Positions 48,688-57,270 of a stretch of 64,000 nt of DNA are shown piece by piece. How positions within the stretch are numbered: position 1 is the first letter of the stretch; each line of letters starts with the position of its first letter. This DNA is from an uncultured Staphylococcaceae bacterium (GTDB lineage: Bacteria > Bacillota_I > Bacilli_A > RFN20 > CAG-826), in assembly GCA_964410505.1 (NCBI GenBank), contig CAYPGR010000002.1, positions 15,939-79,938 on the forward strand, written 5' to 3'. A model generated the notes under the pieces. The model worked only from the letters and a program-made list of their open reading frames with translations. It had not been told where the DNA came from and searched no databases. The translations under genes and the position numbers were made by a program.

Positions 48688-50442
48688 ATGACTTTAAAAA
48701 TAATTAATGGAGTGCATGTTTATCATGCGTTTGTGGCTGGTGCAAAAAAGATCATCCAACAAAAAAGTTTTCTAAATCGCATCAATGTATTTCCGGTCCC
48801 TGATGGCGATACAGGAACCAATATGGCGGCAATGATGCAACGGATTATAAATGATGCGGTCATTACCGAACATTTAGGCGATGCGCTTGAATCCATTTCT
48901 TCCGCTGCCATTTCTGGTTCACGTGGCAATTCCGGTATTATCTTTTCTGAGTACCTCAATGGTATTTATGAAAAACTCCAAGATGTTAAGGAAGCGGATG
49001 TTCAAACATTTCATGAAGCGGTTCTTCATGGCATTAAGAAAGCTTATGCTGCGATTCAAAATCCGGTCGAAGGCACAATCTTAACTGTTTTTCGAAAAGC
49101 CTTTATCATGACGCCGGAGATTGATGATTTCGTCACTTACTTTTCAACCATTAAAATGCAAGCCGAAACCGCACTTGCGGATACGTCCAAACAACTAGAA
49201 GTTTTACGACTTAATAAAGTGGTGGATGCTGGTGCGCAAGGACTAGCCTCATTTATTGATGGGATTACGTATTACTTTACGAATGGGATTGAAGAAGTTC
49301 TCACCGACCAAGAGGACGACATCTCAATTGATCATCATGTGACGAATGGAACCATTACAGAGCGTTATTGTACAGAAGTTTTACTAAAAGATTGTAAAAA
49401 AAATACACTCGAAGTAAAAACATTATTAATTAAATATGGGTCGTCCCTCGTTGTCTCAGGTCGGCCATCTAAAATGCGCGTTCATATTCATACGAATGAT
49501 CCGTCACAAATTGTGTTTGAACTTCGTAAAATCGGGGAAATTCTTGAACAAAAAGTCGATGACATGATACGCCAAAATCATACGGTTAATAAAGAGCATC
49601 CACGCATTGCCATTGTCACCGATTCGATTGCAGATCTACCTTTAGCCTTAGCGGATCGTTATCAAATCCACATGATTCCAATGTATTTAATTGCTGATGA
49701 TATTTCATATCTTGATAAATTGACGATTACCGCACAAACGTTTTATAAATTAATGGATTCTAGTAAAAGTTTATCCTCTTCGCAACCAGATAAATTGACT
49801 ATAGAACGTAATCTTTCTGCACTTCTTGAACATTATGATCATATTTTGGTGGTCACGGTTGCGAGTCGCTTAAGCGGTACGTTTAACGCAATTCATCAAT
49901 TTTCTAAACTTCACCCTAAAATAGTTGTTTTTGATTCAAAACAAAATTCAGGTGCCCAAGGACTCGTGGTTTTAAAAGCTTGTGAGTTAATCGAGGCTGG
50001 CGTGCCAATTACGGAAATTATCCCATTACTTGAGGATTTTACGAATCGGACAAAGATTTATGTCTCAGTCAAAACCCTTAAATATATGGTTAAAATGGGA
50101 CGCGTTAGTAAAGTGACCGGTCTTGTTGGTAAAATCATCAATCTTAAGCCCGTTATTGGCCTTAGTCCTGAAGGGGCAGGGGTCATTAGTGCGAAAGCTT
50201 TTAGTCTTCGCGGTAATGTAAAACAAATCATGAAATTACTGAGTAAGGGAGAAGTGGAAAATTACGCGATTGTCCATTCTCTTGCCGGCGAACGCGCCCA
50301 AAAACTTGCGAAATTAATTGAAAAGAAAACGGGAATAAAGCCGTTATACACCGAACTTATATCACCAATTGTCGCAATGAATGCAGGGATTGGGGCTGTC
50401 GCAGTTGCCGTTACATTTAAAGAGGAGGTCTCTCATGCTTAA
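48688..50442 (+). CDS. DAK2-domain (FakA-like) kinase fused to a DegV (FakB-like) domain
   Basis: [46 protein letters not shown], then [10 protein letters not shown]...SGT...GRV...KPVI. Start at ATG 48688 after AAGGAG. Confidence 0.88.
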   Translation: MTLKIINGVHVYHAFVAGAKKIIQQKSFLNRINVFPVPDGDTGTNMAAMMQRIINDAVITEHLGDALESISSAAISGSRGNSGIIFSEYLNGIYEKLQDVKEADVQTFHEAVLHGIKKAYAAIQNPVEGTILTVFRKAFIMTPEIDDFVTYFSTIKMQAETALADTSKQLEVLRLNKVVDAGAQGLASFIDGITYYFTNGIEEVLTDQEDDISIDHHVTNGTITERYCTEVLLKDCKKNTLEVKTLLIKYGSSLVVSGRPSKMRVHIHTNDPSQIVFELRKIGEILEQKVDDMIRQNHTVNKEHPRIAIVTDSIADLPLALADRYQIHMIPMYLIADDISYLDKLTITAQTFYKLMDSSKSLSSSQPDKLTIERNLSALLEHYDHILVVTVASRLSGTFNAIHQFSKLHPKIVVFDSKQNSGAQGLVVLKACELIEAGVPITEIIPLLEDFTNRTKIYVSVKTLKYMVKMGRVSKVTGLVGKIINLKPVIGLSPEGAGVISAKAFSLRGNVKQIMKLLSKGEVENYAIVHSLAGERAQKLAKLIEKKTGIKPLYTELISPIVAMNAGIGAVAVAVTFKEEVSHA

Positions 50443-51247
50443 TCTTTATTATTTAATAGGCGTTGTCGTATTGGTATTCATCTACTTTACTACGCTATTT
50501 CTCATTGCACAAAAACTCAATAACAATTCGATTGTCGATATTGGATGGGGTTTTGGTTTTGTTTTAATTGCGATTTATAGTTTAATCTTCACGTTTGCGA
50601 CTGGCTACCATGGCGGGATTACGCCGTTTAAACTTATTTCGAGCGGTTTAATGATTCTTTGGGGGTTACGGCTCTTCTTATATATTGGGATTCGCAATAT
50701 TGGCAAACCAGAAGATTTCCGTTACGTGAATATGAAAAAGAAGTGGGGTAACAATCGTCCGCGCCTTCAAGCTTTCTTAAAAGTATTTATGACCCAAGCT
50801 TTCTTTATGATGATTGTCGCAATGCCGCTTTATTTTGCCTTTCTTAACCAAAAAGCAGTTAGCACTGGTACTTGGATTGTGACGATTGCCGGAACCGTCA
50901 TCTTCGCTATTGGCTTCTTTTTTGAAAGTGTCGGCGATGCCCAACTTAAAAAATTCCTTAAAACACGGACGGATCGCAGTCAAATCATGGATCAAGGGTT
51001 ATGGAAATATACCCGTCATCCGAACTACTTTGGCGAAGCGATGATGTGGTGGGGACAATTTATTGTTGTCATGCTAAACACGCTAGGTTTTATTTCCATT
51101 ATCTCCCCGGTTGTGATCACCTATCTACTTGTTTTTGTCTCAGGTATCCCCCTTTTAGAAAAACGCTATCAAGATAATCCAGCCTATGCGGCATATAAAA
51201 AAGTGACTTCCCCTTTCTTCCCTTGGTTTCCACTAAAGGGAAAATAA
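50435..51247 (+). CDS. DUF1295 family membrane protein (steroid 5-alpha-reductase C-terminal-like)
   Basis: [44 protein letters not shown]. Confidence 0.9.
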   Translation: MLNLYYLIGVVVLVFIYFTTLFLIAQKLNNNSIVDIGWGFGFVLIAIYSLIFTFATGYHGGITPFKLISSGLMILWGLRLFLYIGIRNIGKPEDFRYVNMKKKWGNNRPRLQAFLKVFMTQAFFMMIVAMPLYFAFLNQKAVSTGTWIVTIAGTVIFAIGFFFESVGDAQLKKFLKTRTDRSQIMDQGLWKYTRHPNYFGEAMMWWGQFIVVMLNTLGFISIISPVVITYLLVFVSGIPLLEKRYQDNPAYAAYKKVTSPFFPWFPLKGK

Positions 51248-51252
51248 AGACT

Positions 51253-52533
51253 ATGCTACGCATTGGTTATGCTTGTCTAACGGTCGGAGAACCGCTTTTA
51301 AACTATCGGACATTGACTCAAAAGTATTTGACAAAAGATAGACTTTATGGGGTTATTTCAAACAATTTAGCGACCTTAAAACGTCATATCATTTATAATT
51401 TTGAACGTCAAATTTTAGTCTTCCGGATTAGTTCAGATCTTATACCTTTTGGTTCAAGCCTTCTAAATTCCTTTTCGTGGGCGGATGATTTCGCTCCTGA
51501 GTTTCAGGAATTGAAAGAACTTATTAGTCAGACGAAGATGCGAATCTCTATGCATCCTGGACAATATAGTGTCCTTAATTCACCGCATGAACGCGTCGTT
51601 ACGGCGACGATTCGCGATTTAGAATATCATCAAAAAGTAATCGCTTTACTTGGGGGCTCATCGGAACATAAAATAATCCTTCACATTGGTGGCATCTATG
51701 GGGATAAAGAAGCCGCCGTTAAACGTTTCATTGCGCAATATAAGTTATTGAGTGTGGACATAAAAAAGCATTTAGTCATTGAAAATGACGATCATTTTTA
51801 TGATTTAGAAACGGTGCTTGGTATCAGTTATGAAACAGGTGCCCCGGTTATTTTCGATCTCTTTCATCATCAGGTATTACCAAGTCTTGAAGGGGTTGAC
51901 TTACAAACTCTTTTTCAATTGGTACGGGCAACGTGGCGACCTTCCGATGGCCGAATGAAAATCCATTACTCTGAACCTGACCTTAATAAACGAGGTGGCG
52001 CACATTCGCAAACCATTGGGGCAGTCTCATTTTTAAAGACCTTTGAGTCATTTCGTCATGAAGATATTGATATTATGCTCGAAGTAAAAGATAAAAATAT
52101 CTCCGCCATCAAGTGTCATAATCTCATGAGTACAGATCAAACAATTGAACCATTAGAGTACGCCTGGTCACAATATAAATATTTAGTGTTAGAACATGAC
52201 CATCAAGCTTATCAGGCCATCCGAGAACTACTTAAGCATAAAAGTGAGTACCCAGTTTTGGCTTATTACCAATTAGTTGAGAAGGCGCTTCATAAAAAGC
52301 CGACACCTGGCGGCATGCGTAATGCGGCCATGCATGTCTGGGGATATTTTAAAAAGGTAGCGACGGATCGTGAGAAAAAATCCTTTGAACAATATCTTCA
52401 ATCAATCGCTGATAATGAAGAAAATAATCTAAAAATTAAGCGCTTTTTACGAAAACTCGCATTTAAATATAATGAAACTTATTTAATACGTAGTTTATAT
52501 TTATATATGACCGGATTCATCGAAATAAAGTAG
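51253..52533 (+). CDS. uvsE: UV DNA damage endonuclease UvsE fused to a DUF1722/YbgA-like C-terminal domain
   Basis: RIGYAC, FRISSDLIP, SMHPGQY, LHIGG, IENDD, FDLFHH, GAHS, MLEVKDK; the tail has NAAMHVWGYFKK. Confidence 0.88.
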   Translation: MLRIGYACLTVGEPLLNYRTLTQKYLTKDRLYGVISNNLATLKRHIIYNFERQILVFRISSDLIPFGSSLLNSFSWADDFAPEFQELKELISQTKMRISMHPGQYSVLNSPHERVVTATIRDLEYHQKVIALLGGSSEHKIILHIGGIYGDKEAAVKRFIAQYKLLSVDIKKHLVIENDDHFYDLETVLGISYETGAPVIFDLFHHQVLPSLEGVDLQTLFQLVRATWRPSDGRMKIHYSEPDLNKRGGAHSQTIGAVSFLKTFESFRHEDIDIMLEVKDKNISAIKCHNLMSTDQTIEPLEYAWSQYKYLVLEHDHQAYQAIRELLKHKSEYPVLAYYQLVEKALHKKPTPGGMRNAAMHVWGYFKKVATDREKKSFEQYLQSIADNEENNLKIKRFLRKLAFKYNETYLIRSLYLYMTGFIEIK

Positions 52534-52536
52534 ATT

Positions 52537-53733
52537 CTAAACTATTTTTTTAACGAGATGATAATGGACAATGTTTGCGTCCATATAAGGTTCGCCAGTG
52601 ACCTTATATCCTAAACTTTCATAGTAATCTTTCAATTGGTGTTGGCCACCAATTTCAATGGTTAATGGGCGATATTTATAGGTGAGTATTTTCTCGATAT
52701 GCTGAATCATTAAAGCCCCGTAACCGTGACCCCGATTGGGTTTTAAAACGGCAATCCTGCCAATGGTTGCAACGCGGGTTTTTTCATCAATTTTATATCG
52801 AATTGTCGCAATTGGCGCTTGATTTTGATAAAGCACATAAGAAACGAATTGGCTTTCATCTTGATCGAACTCATCGTCAACTGCGATTTGTTGTTCTTCG
52901 ATAAAGACTTTTGAACGAATGTAAAGTGCATCTCGAAATTGATTGGTTGTGTTTGCTTTTACGATACTAACGCCGGTCGCGATCTCGGTGTTAAAGGCAT
53001 CATACCAAAGGTTCATTTCCTTATCATTAATAAGCATTAATTGAAAGTTTTTCTTGGCACTTTCATAAGTGTCATATAAGCCACTTAGTAATTGCTTGAT
53101 GTCTTCACGTCTGGTTTTTTTATTGTTCGGGCAACTATATTCAAGCAGGGGTAGTTTGAGATCATTTAAGACATTAATAATGAGATCCTCATCAACGAGG
53201 GCTAAGGGGCGGATGAAAGTAATATCGGCTCGTTCTAAATGCATCTTTGGTTGAAAAGTTGCGAGGCGTCCGCCACTAATCATATTCATAAATAAGGTTT
53301 CAAGCGCATCATCAATATGGTGGGCGAAAGCGACTTTATTAGCACCAAGTGATTTGGCCACTTCATTAATTGCTGCTTTTTTCATTTTTGAACAAATTGA
53401 GCAAGGTAATTTAGGCAGATGTTGACGCTCTTTTTGAATTTCTAAAATCCGGGCCACATTACGCGCGTCGCTAATATAAAGATCATAACCGCGGGCTTTA
53501 AAATGCTCAACATAAAGAGAGGCATCAAAGCGCTCAAACCCAAGGTTTAAGATAACAGGATAAAGGGTGAAGTCTTTCTTAGCATATTGTTTATAGGTCA
53601 TCAGTGCCTCAAATAAGACGATTGAGTCCTTGCCGCCACTAATACCAATGACAATTTTATCGCCATCATTAATTAAATTAAATAATTCATCGGCTCGTTT
53701 TATTTTTGCTAGTAATTCTCGGTAATATTTCAT
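52537..53733 (-). CDS. TtcA-like PP-loop tRNA thiolase fused to a C-terminal GNAT acetyltransferase
   Basis: SGGKDS, CSIC, AHHIDD, IRPL, SCP, then IRSKVFIEEQ...IGRIAVLKPNRGHGYG...YYESLGY. Confidence 0.85.
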   Translation of the reverse strand: MKYYRELLAKIKRADELFNLINDGDKIVIGISGGKDSIVLFEALMTYKQYAKKDFTLYPVILNLGFERFDASLYVEHFKARGYDLYISDARNVARILEIQKERQHLPKLPCSICSKMKKAAINEVAKSLGANKVAFAHHIDDALETLFMNMISGGRLATFQPKMHLERADITFIRPLALVDEDLIINVLNDLKLPLLEYSCPNNKKTRREDIKQLLSGLYDTYESAKKNFQLMLINDKEMNLWYDAFNTEIATGVSIVKANTTNQFRDALYIRSKVFIEEQQIAVDDEFDQDESQFVSYVLYQNQAPIATIRYKIDEKTRVATIGRIAVLKPNRGHGYGALMIQHIEKILTYKYRPLTIEIGGQHQLKDYYESLGYKVTGEPYMDANIVHYHLVKKIV

Positions 53734-53772
53734 TATCTAAACCATCCGTTTTATATTATAATATAAACGCAC

Positions 53773-54630
53773 ATGAGAACAATTAATAGTGGTATTTTAT
53801 TAGTAAACAAAGAAGCCGGGGTCACAAGTCGCCAAGTTGGTAATTTAGTTTCAAAAAAATTAGGCATCAAAAAAGTCGGTCATTTAGGCACCCTTGATCC
53901 GTTTGCGACGGGTCTTTTAATATTTGCTTTAAACGAGGGCACCAAAGTATTACCTTATCTTGAAGACCAAACGAAAACCTATGTTGCAACCTTTAAACTT
54001 GGTTATTTAACCTCAACCCTTGATCCAGAAGGGGATGTCTTACTTGATGAAGAAGTACCCGCTATTTCACCAGCAAAAATGACCCGTGTTTTAAATGAAT
54101 TCCTCGGTGAGATTACGCAAATACCACCGCTAACGAGTGCCATTAAGGTCGATGGAAAAAGACTTTATGAATACGCCCACCGTGGTGAAACGATAGAAGT
54201 TCCGGAACGAAAAGTATTTATTCACACCATTAAACTGATTGATTATGTCCATCCTTTTTTTAAGATTGAGGCGGATGTTAGTAAGGGCACCTATATTCGA
54301 ACCCTGGGTGAAGATATTGCTAAAAAGTTAGGTACCCATGCAACGACAGTAGCGCTTGAAAGAAGGCGTCATGGATCGTTTGAATTAACCCACGCAAAAA
54401 AATTAGATGACGTTACGGCTGAAGATATTATTTCTCCGAGCAAAGCACTTAGTTTTCTACCGATTATTAAGACGGATGACCGCCTTATCATTGACGTTCG
54501 CAATGGCAAAGACATCGATATCAAGCATGATGCACCACTGATCCAAATTCATGATCAAAATGGTGTTTTACATGCTTTATGTCGTAAAAATGGTGATAAA
54601 TATACGACTGTCCGAGGTTTTAATTTATGA
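53773..54630 (+). CDS. truB: tRNA pseudouridine(55) synthase
   Basis: KVGHLGTLDPFATG, PPLTSAIKVDGKRLYE, SKGTYIRTL. Confidence 0.96.
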   Translation: MRTINSGILLVNKEAGVTSRQVGNLVSKKLGIKKVGHLGTLDPFATGLLIFALNEGTKVLPYLEDQTKTYVATFKLGYLTSTLDPEGDVLLDEEVPAISPAKMTRVLNEFLGEITQIPPLTSAIKVDGKRLYEYAHRGETIEVPERKVFIHTIKLIDYVHPFFKIEADVSKGTYIRTLGEDIAKKLGTHATTVALERRRHGSFELTHAKKLDDVTAEDIISPSKALSFLPIIKTDDRLIIDVRNGKDIDIKHDAPLIQIHDQNGVLHALCRKNGDKYTTVRGFNL

Positions 54631-55547
54631 AATTTCAACACATTGATTTAAGGAGTTTAACAAAGTTAAAGCTTAATTCTTCTCTCGTCCTTGGTACCTT
54701 CGACGGGGTCCATACGGGACATCGTTACTTAGTCAAGGAAGCTTTTAAGCTCAATCCCCACGTCACCATTTTGCTTATTTATACGAACAAAAAAATTACT
54801 AAGGATCATCAAACTTCTGGTGTCTTAACTACGCTTGATGATCGCATTAATCTTTTTCAAAAATTGCATGTTGAAGAAGTTTTACTTCTTAACCTTGATG
54901 AGCAATTACTCGATTTATCGCCTGTTGAATTCATCAATAAAATTTTAGTGCCACTTGCGCCAAAAGACATTGTCATTGGCGAAGATTTTCGTTTTGGACA
55001 TCGCGCTTTAGGAACGCCAGTCTTGCTTCAAAAACTAGGAAAAAATCATTTTGAGGTGAGTATTATTCCGCCGATGGTCATTGACTCCGAAAAAATTAGT
55101 ACATCCCTTATCAAACAAGAGCTCTTAGCGGGCAATACATTCAAGGCCCGTCGTTTATTGGGTGCGTATTATCGTCTTACTGGTCTTGTCACAAAAGGCT
55201 TTGGCTTGGGATCAAAACTAGGTTTTCCTACTGCCAATGTTGCCCTTGATCCGAATTACTTTTTACCGCGTCACGGTGTTTATTTTGTGCGTGTTCGTTA
55301 TCAAGATAATTTCTATTTTGGCATGGCTTCGCTCGGTTATCACCCAACCGTTAATGAGGTGAATTTACCGCTTCTTGAAGTGAATATTTTTGATTTTAAA
55401 GATGATATCTATCATCAAGTTTTAAGTGTTGAGTTTCTTCGCTTTATCCGTCCTGAAGTGAAGTTTGATTCTCTTGATGCACTAGTCGCAAAGATAGAAG
55501 AAGATCGTGCGATTTGCTATAAATATATGAATGAAGGAGATTTTTAA
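54627..55547 (+). CDS. ribF: Bifunctional riboflavin kinase/FAD synthetase
   Basis: GTFDGVHTGH, GEDFRFG, ISTSLIK, LGFPTAN, LEVNIFDF, FIRPEVKF. Confidence 0.95.
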   Translation: MKFQHIDLRSLTKLKLNSSLVLGTFDGVHTGHRYLVKEAFKLNPHVTILLIYTNKKITKDHQTSGVLTTLDDRINLFQKLHVEEVLLLNLDEQLLDLSPVEFINKILVPLAPKDIVIGEDFRFGHRALGTPVLLQKLGKNHFEVSIIPPMVIDSEKISTSLIKQELLAGNTFKARRLLGAYYRLTGLVTKGFGLGSKLGFPTANVALDPNYFLPRHGVYFVRVRYQDNFYFGMASLGYHPTVNEVNLPLLEVNIFDFKDDIYHQVLSVEFLRFIRPEVKFDSLDALVAKIEEDRAICYKYMNEGDF

Positions 55548-55548
55548 A

Positions 55549-56763
55549 ATGGCAGTGTTTAAAGTTGTTAACAATGTCTATTCTATCGGCGTTAAAGATC
55601 CGAATTTACGCGTTTTCGATATCATGATGGAAACCAAACAAGGAACCACCTATAATTCCTATTTAATTATGGAAGAGGGCGGGATTACCATTATCGATGG
55701 TGTCAAAGAACCCTTTACCGCAGAATGGCTTGCCAATATTGAGTCACTCGTTAAATTCGAAGATATTAAGTACCTTGTAACCCAACATACCGAACCCGAT
55801 CATAGTGGATCGATTCCAGCCTTACTCGCAATTAATCCAAACATCCAAGTTTTTGGCTCATTTATGGCGATGGCCAATCTTAAAGAAATTAATAACGCCG
55901 CGTTTCTTGCTAACGCTGTTAAACCCGGTCAAGAATTGAAATTAAGTGACCGACAAAGTCTATTTTTCCACCCAGTACCAAATGTCCACTGGCCAGACAC
56001 TATCATTACCCATGATCCCGTTAATCACCTCGCTTATACGTGTGATTTCCTTGGTATGCACGTCTCACCACCGCAATTATTTTTAAGTAAAGAACCAAAT
56101 AAACCAGCGGCGCAAGAAGCTTTAACGGTGTATTACGAAGCGATCATGGCCCCTTTTAAAGGCGACTGTTTAAAAGCTGTTAAAACCCTGCAAAGCTTAA
56201 ATGTCGCGATGGTTTTAAATAGTCATGGTTACATTTTGGATGATCGAAAAGATGTCGATCATGCGATTAATGAATACATTCGTTGGTCCACCATCCCCCA
56301 AAGTGAAAAGCTTGTGGTGACGGTTGTCTATGCGAGTGCTTATGGTTACACGAGCATGATTAAAGACGTTGTCGTTGAAGAACTAGTGACCGCTGATGTT
56401 GATGTTCGCGTTTTCCGGGCGCCGGAAGATGATATGAATCAAATCGTGGCAAGTATCGAACAAAGCGATGCCTTAATGCTTGGCTCACCGACGTTTGTTG
56501 GTGACGGCATTAAACCTATTTATGATGTTCTCAATTCGCTCAATCCCTATATTGGAAACGGTAAATACATGACGGCCTTTGGCAGTTTTGGGTGGAGTGG
56601 TGAAGCCGTTAAAAACTATATGAATCGCGCAAAAGAATTACGGATGAAAACAGTGGATGAAGGTCATCGCATTCGCTTGAAACCAACTGTTGAACAACTA
56701 AAAACAACCCGCGAATTTACCAAAAACTTTGTTAATCTCGTGAAAGTTGAAGTGAAGAAATAA
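55549..56763 (+). CDS. Flavodiiron protein (FprA/NorV-like), metallo-beta-lactamase + flavodoxin domains
   Basis: HTEPDHSGS, HWPD, SHG, YASAYGYT, GSPT, GSFGWSGE. Start at ATG 55549. Confidence 0.9.
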   Translation: MAVFKVVNNVYSIGVKDPNLRVFDIMMETKQGTTYNSYLIMEEGGITIIDGVKEPFTAEWLANIESLVKFEDIKYLVTQHTEPDHSGSIPALLAINPNIQVFGSFMAMANLKEINNAAFLANAVKPGQELKLSDRQSLFFHPVPNVHWPDTIITHDPVNHLAYTCDFLGMHVSPPQLFLSKEPNKPAAQEALTVYYEAIMAPFKGDCLKAVKTLQSLNVAMVLNSHGYILDDRKDVDHAINEYIRWSTIPQSEKLVVTVVYASAYGYTSMIKDVVVEELVTADVDVRVFRAPEDDMNQIVASIEQSDALMLGSPTFVGDGIKPIYDVLNSLNPYIGNGKYMTAFGSFGWSGEAVKNYMNRAKELRMKTVDEGHRIRLKPTVEQLKTTREFTKNFVNLVKVEVKK

Positions 56764-56852
56764 CATCATCATGGAAATTGTTTCGCAATTTGTTAGATAA
56801 CGAGACAATCTCAACTTTATAACTTGGCAAACGTTTTGTAAAATTTTACTAT

Positions 56853-56935
56853 CGTAACGCGACTTTAGCGCTGCTCTGATTTCCCCCTAAATCTTGGCGA
56901 TGCTGAAGTTAAGACCGAAGAAAGGGGAAAGAAAA
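56853..56935 (+). promoter_or_regulatory. Structured rpsO leader (putative S15 autoregulatory RNA)
   Basis: TTTCCCC (56880-56886) pairs with the SD-containing GGGGAAA (56924-56930); inner TCTT/AAGA stem. Confidence 0.6.
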
Positions 56936-57205
56936 ATGGCATTAAGCAAAACCAAAATTAACGAAATCGTTAAAGAATTTGGCACAAACGAAAAAGACAC
57001 CGGTTCAACCGCCGTCCAAATCGCACTTTTATCCGCTCAAATTCGTGAACTTACTGAACACATGAAAGTTCACAAACACGATTACCATTCACAACGTGGC
57101 TTACTTCGTTTAGTCGGCCAACGTCGTGGTTTACTCGATTATTTCAATCGTGTTGATCGTGAAGGTTATTTAGAACTGATTGCAAAACTTGGCATTCGTC
57201 GCTAA
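56936..57205 (+). CDS. rpsO: 30S ribosomal protein S15
   Basis: [29 protein letters not shown]; 89 aa from ATG 56936. Confidence 0.98.
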   Translation: MALSKTKINEIVKEFGTNEKDTGSTAVQIALLSAQIRELTEHMKVHKHDYHSQRGLLRLVGQRRGLLDYFNRVDREGYLELIAKLGIRR

Positions 57206-57219
57206 GTGAAGATTAGAGG

Positions 57220-57243
57220 AAACTGTCACCCGACAGTTTTTTC
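57220..57243 (+). terminator. Intrinsic terminator between rpsO and pnp
   Basis: AAACTGTC-accc-GACAGTTT followed by T-tract. Confidence 0.8.
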
Positions 57244-57270
57244 ATTAAATTGTTGGAAAAGAGGAAAAAA

